Below are positions 32,213 through 32,786 of a DNA stretch of 32,786 nucleotides, piece after piece. The notes beneath the pieces were generated by a model. That model was not told the DNA's origin. It saw only the letters and a list, made by a program, of their open reading frames with translations, and searched no databases. Numbering within the stretch: the stretch's first letter is position 1; every line of letters begins with the position of its first letter. Source of the DNA: Actinomycetota bacterium (GTDB lineage: Bacteria > Actinomycetota > Thermoleophilia > Gaiellales > Gaiellaceae); assembly GCA_046728775.1 (NCBI GenBank), contig JBKPFI010000301.1, positions 1-32,786 on the forward strand. The letters run 5' to 3'. The translations under genes were made by a program, and so were the position numbers.

Positions 32213-32786
32213 GTGAGACTATGCCCGAGCGCGGGGGCACTCGCTCTCGTGCCGGCGCTGCTGGCCGGCCTCCTCGCCGCCTGCGGCGGGACGACGAGCG
32301 CAGGGCCGGAGACGGCCGGCACGGCGGGGATCGATCCACCGGCGAAGCGCTGCGGTTCCCCTGCGCGGCGGTCCGAAGTGGTCGCCTTCCGCGCCTCTGA
32401 CGGCGTTCGCATCGTCGGTGCGATCGTCGGCGAGGGATCTCGCGGCGTCGTGTTCGTGCACGAGGCCGGAGCGCAGGCCCTCTGCGGCTGGTGGCCGTAC
32501 GCAACCCGGCTCGCCGACCGCGGCTTCCACGTCTTGCTCTTCGACCTTCGCTGCTACGGGCTCTCAGCATGTCCGGGCAAAGGCGAGGACGACGTCGTCG
32601 CAGACGTGGCCGCTGCGGTCGGCGAGCTGCGTGCCAAAGGCGCCAACTCGATCCAGCTCGTCGGCGCCTCCTACGGCGGCTCGGTAACGCTCGTCGCGGC
32701 ATCCAGGCTCGACGACGTCACGGCGCTCGCCGATCTCTCTGGCGACGAGGTCACCACGTCGGGGGGCGGGCCACGCCCCCCGCCCA
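32213..32786 (+). CDS. Lipoprotein alpha/beta-hydrolase, 3'-partial (runs off the right edge)
   Basis: This frame is absent from the ORF track because it has no stop within the window. From GTG 32213 it reads VRLCPSAGALALVPALLAGLLAACGG (lipobox LAAC) ... VVFVHEAG ... LVGASYGGS (GxSxG nucleophile elbow). Third positions are G/C-rich. Confidence 0.62.
   Translation, partial: MRLCPSAGALALVPALLAGLLAACGGTTSAGPETAGTAGIDPPAKRCGSPARRSEVVAFRASDGVRIVGAIVGEGSRGVVFVHEAGAQALCGWWPYATRLADRGFHVLLFDLRCYGLSACPGKGEDDVVADVAAAVGELRAKGANSIQLVGASYGGSVTLVAASRLDDVTALADLSGDEVTTSGGGPRPPP

Noticed and set aside
32758-32786. G/C palindrome GGGGGGCG-GGCCA-CGCCCCCC at the extreme right edge.
   Set aside because: It lies inside the open frame of the partial hydrolase gene (..TSGGGPRPP) and is cut by the window boundary. 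I cannot tell a real hairpin or terminator from a low-complexity coding region or a contig-end artefact.
1-32786. Search for mobile elements, prophage, defence islands, toxin-antitoxin pairs, biosynthetic clusters, and rRNA or tRNA genes.
   Set aside because: I recognised no transposase, integrase, recombinase, Cas, restriction-modification, abortive-infection or PKS/NRPS signatures in any frame, and found no long terminal or inverted repeats. The window reads as a conserved housekeeping region.

Overview
High-GC, densely coding chromosomal core region. The gene order looks Actinomycetota-like: MBL-hisS-aspS, alaS-ruvX-mltG-aroE and aroC-aroK/B-aroQ-M24 peptidase-efp match the mycobacterial neighbourhoods. 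I cannot name the organism.

Gene content, left to right:
- Minus strand: a partial CDS, two ABC half-transporter genes, a family-4/5-like uracil-DNA glycosylase and a SAM methyltransferase.
- Plus strand: a histidine-utilisation cluster (stand-alone glutamate formimidoyltransferase, hutH, a small membrane ORF, hutU, hutI) and a small membrane protein.
- MBL hydrolase-hisS-aspS.
- A four-gene envelope or division-like operon: DivIVA-domain protein, (Glu-Pro)n membrane protein, a 98-aa ORF and an RlpA-like DPBB protein.
- A deazaflavin-dependent oxidoreductase.
- mnmA, an RsbW-like protein and a SigB/F-type sigma factor, with overlapping stop and start codons.
- A convergent nucleotidyltransferase.
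- alaS-ruvX-mltG-aroE, then an opposite-strand secreted PAP2/vanadium-haloperoxidase-like gene.
- aroC, a fused aroK-aroB, aroQ, an M24 peptidase, efp and a partial lipoprotein alpha/beta hydrolase.

Twelve junctions have 1-4 nt stop/start overlaps (GTGA, ATGA, TTGA, TGATG). Many ORF-track entries are over-extended or are antisense artefacts of the high GC content. I found no rRNA, tRNA, CRISPR array, transposase, integrase or phage genes, and no convincing novel protein system such as defence, toxin-antitoxin or a biosynthetic cluster.

The unexplained signals are non-coding:
1. A promoter-plus-leader block, including a 17-nt perfect core, occurs in front of both the hutH operon and the hisS operon. 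Both operons handle histidine. A third copy, of the promoter-proximal part only, lies in front of an ABC gene.
2. A 304-nt, visibly less GC-rich spacer at about 17.9-18.2 kb has nested helices and may encode a structured RNA or riboswitch.
3. Four strong hairpins fill the alaS-ruvX spacer.

Smaller oddities:
- The M24 peptidase has conserved N-terminal sequence but no canonical start codon.
- MnmA has a Cys-less NifU/IscU-like N-terminal extension.
- The RsbW-like protein has degenerate ATP-binding motifs.
- Several genes appear leaderless (TANNNT, 6-7 nt, then RTG).

Everything here rests on reading the sequence by eye. No database or covariance-model search was possible.
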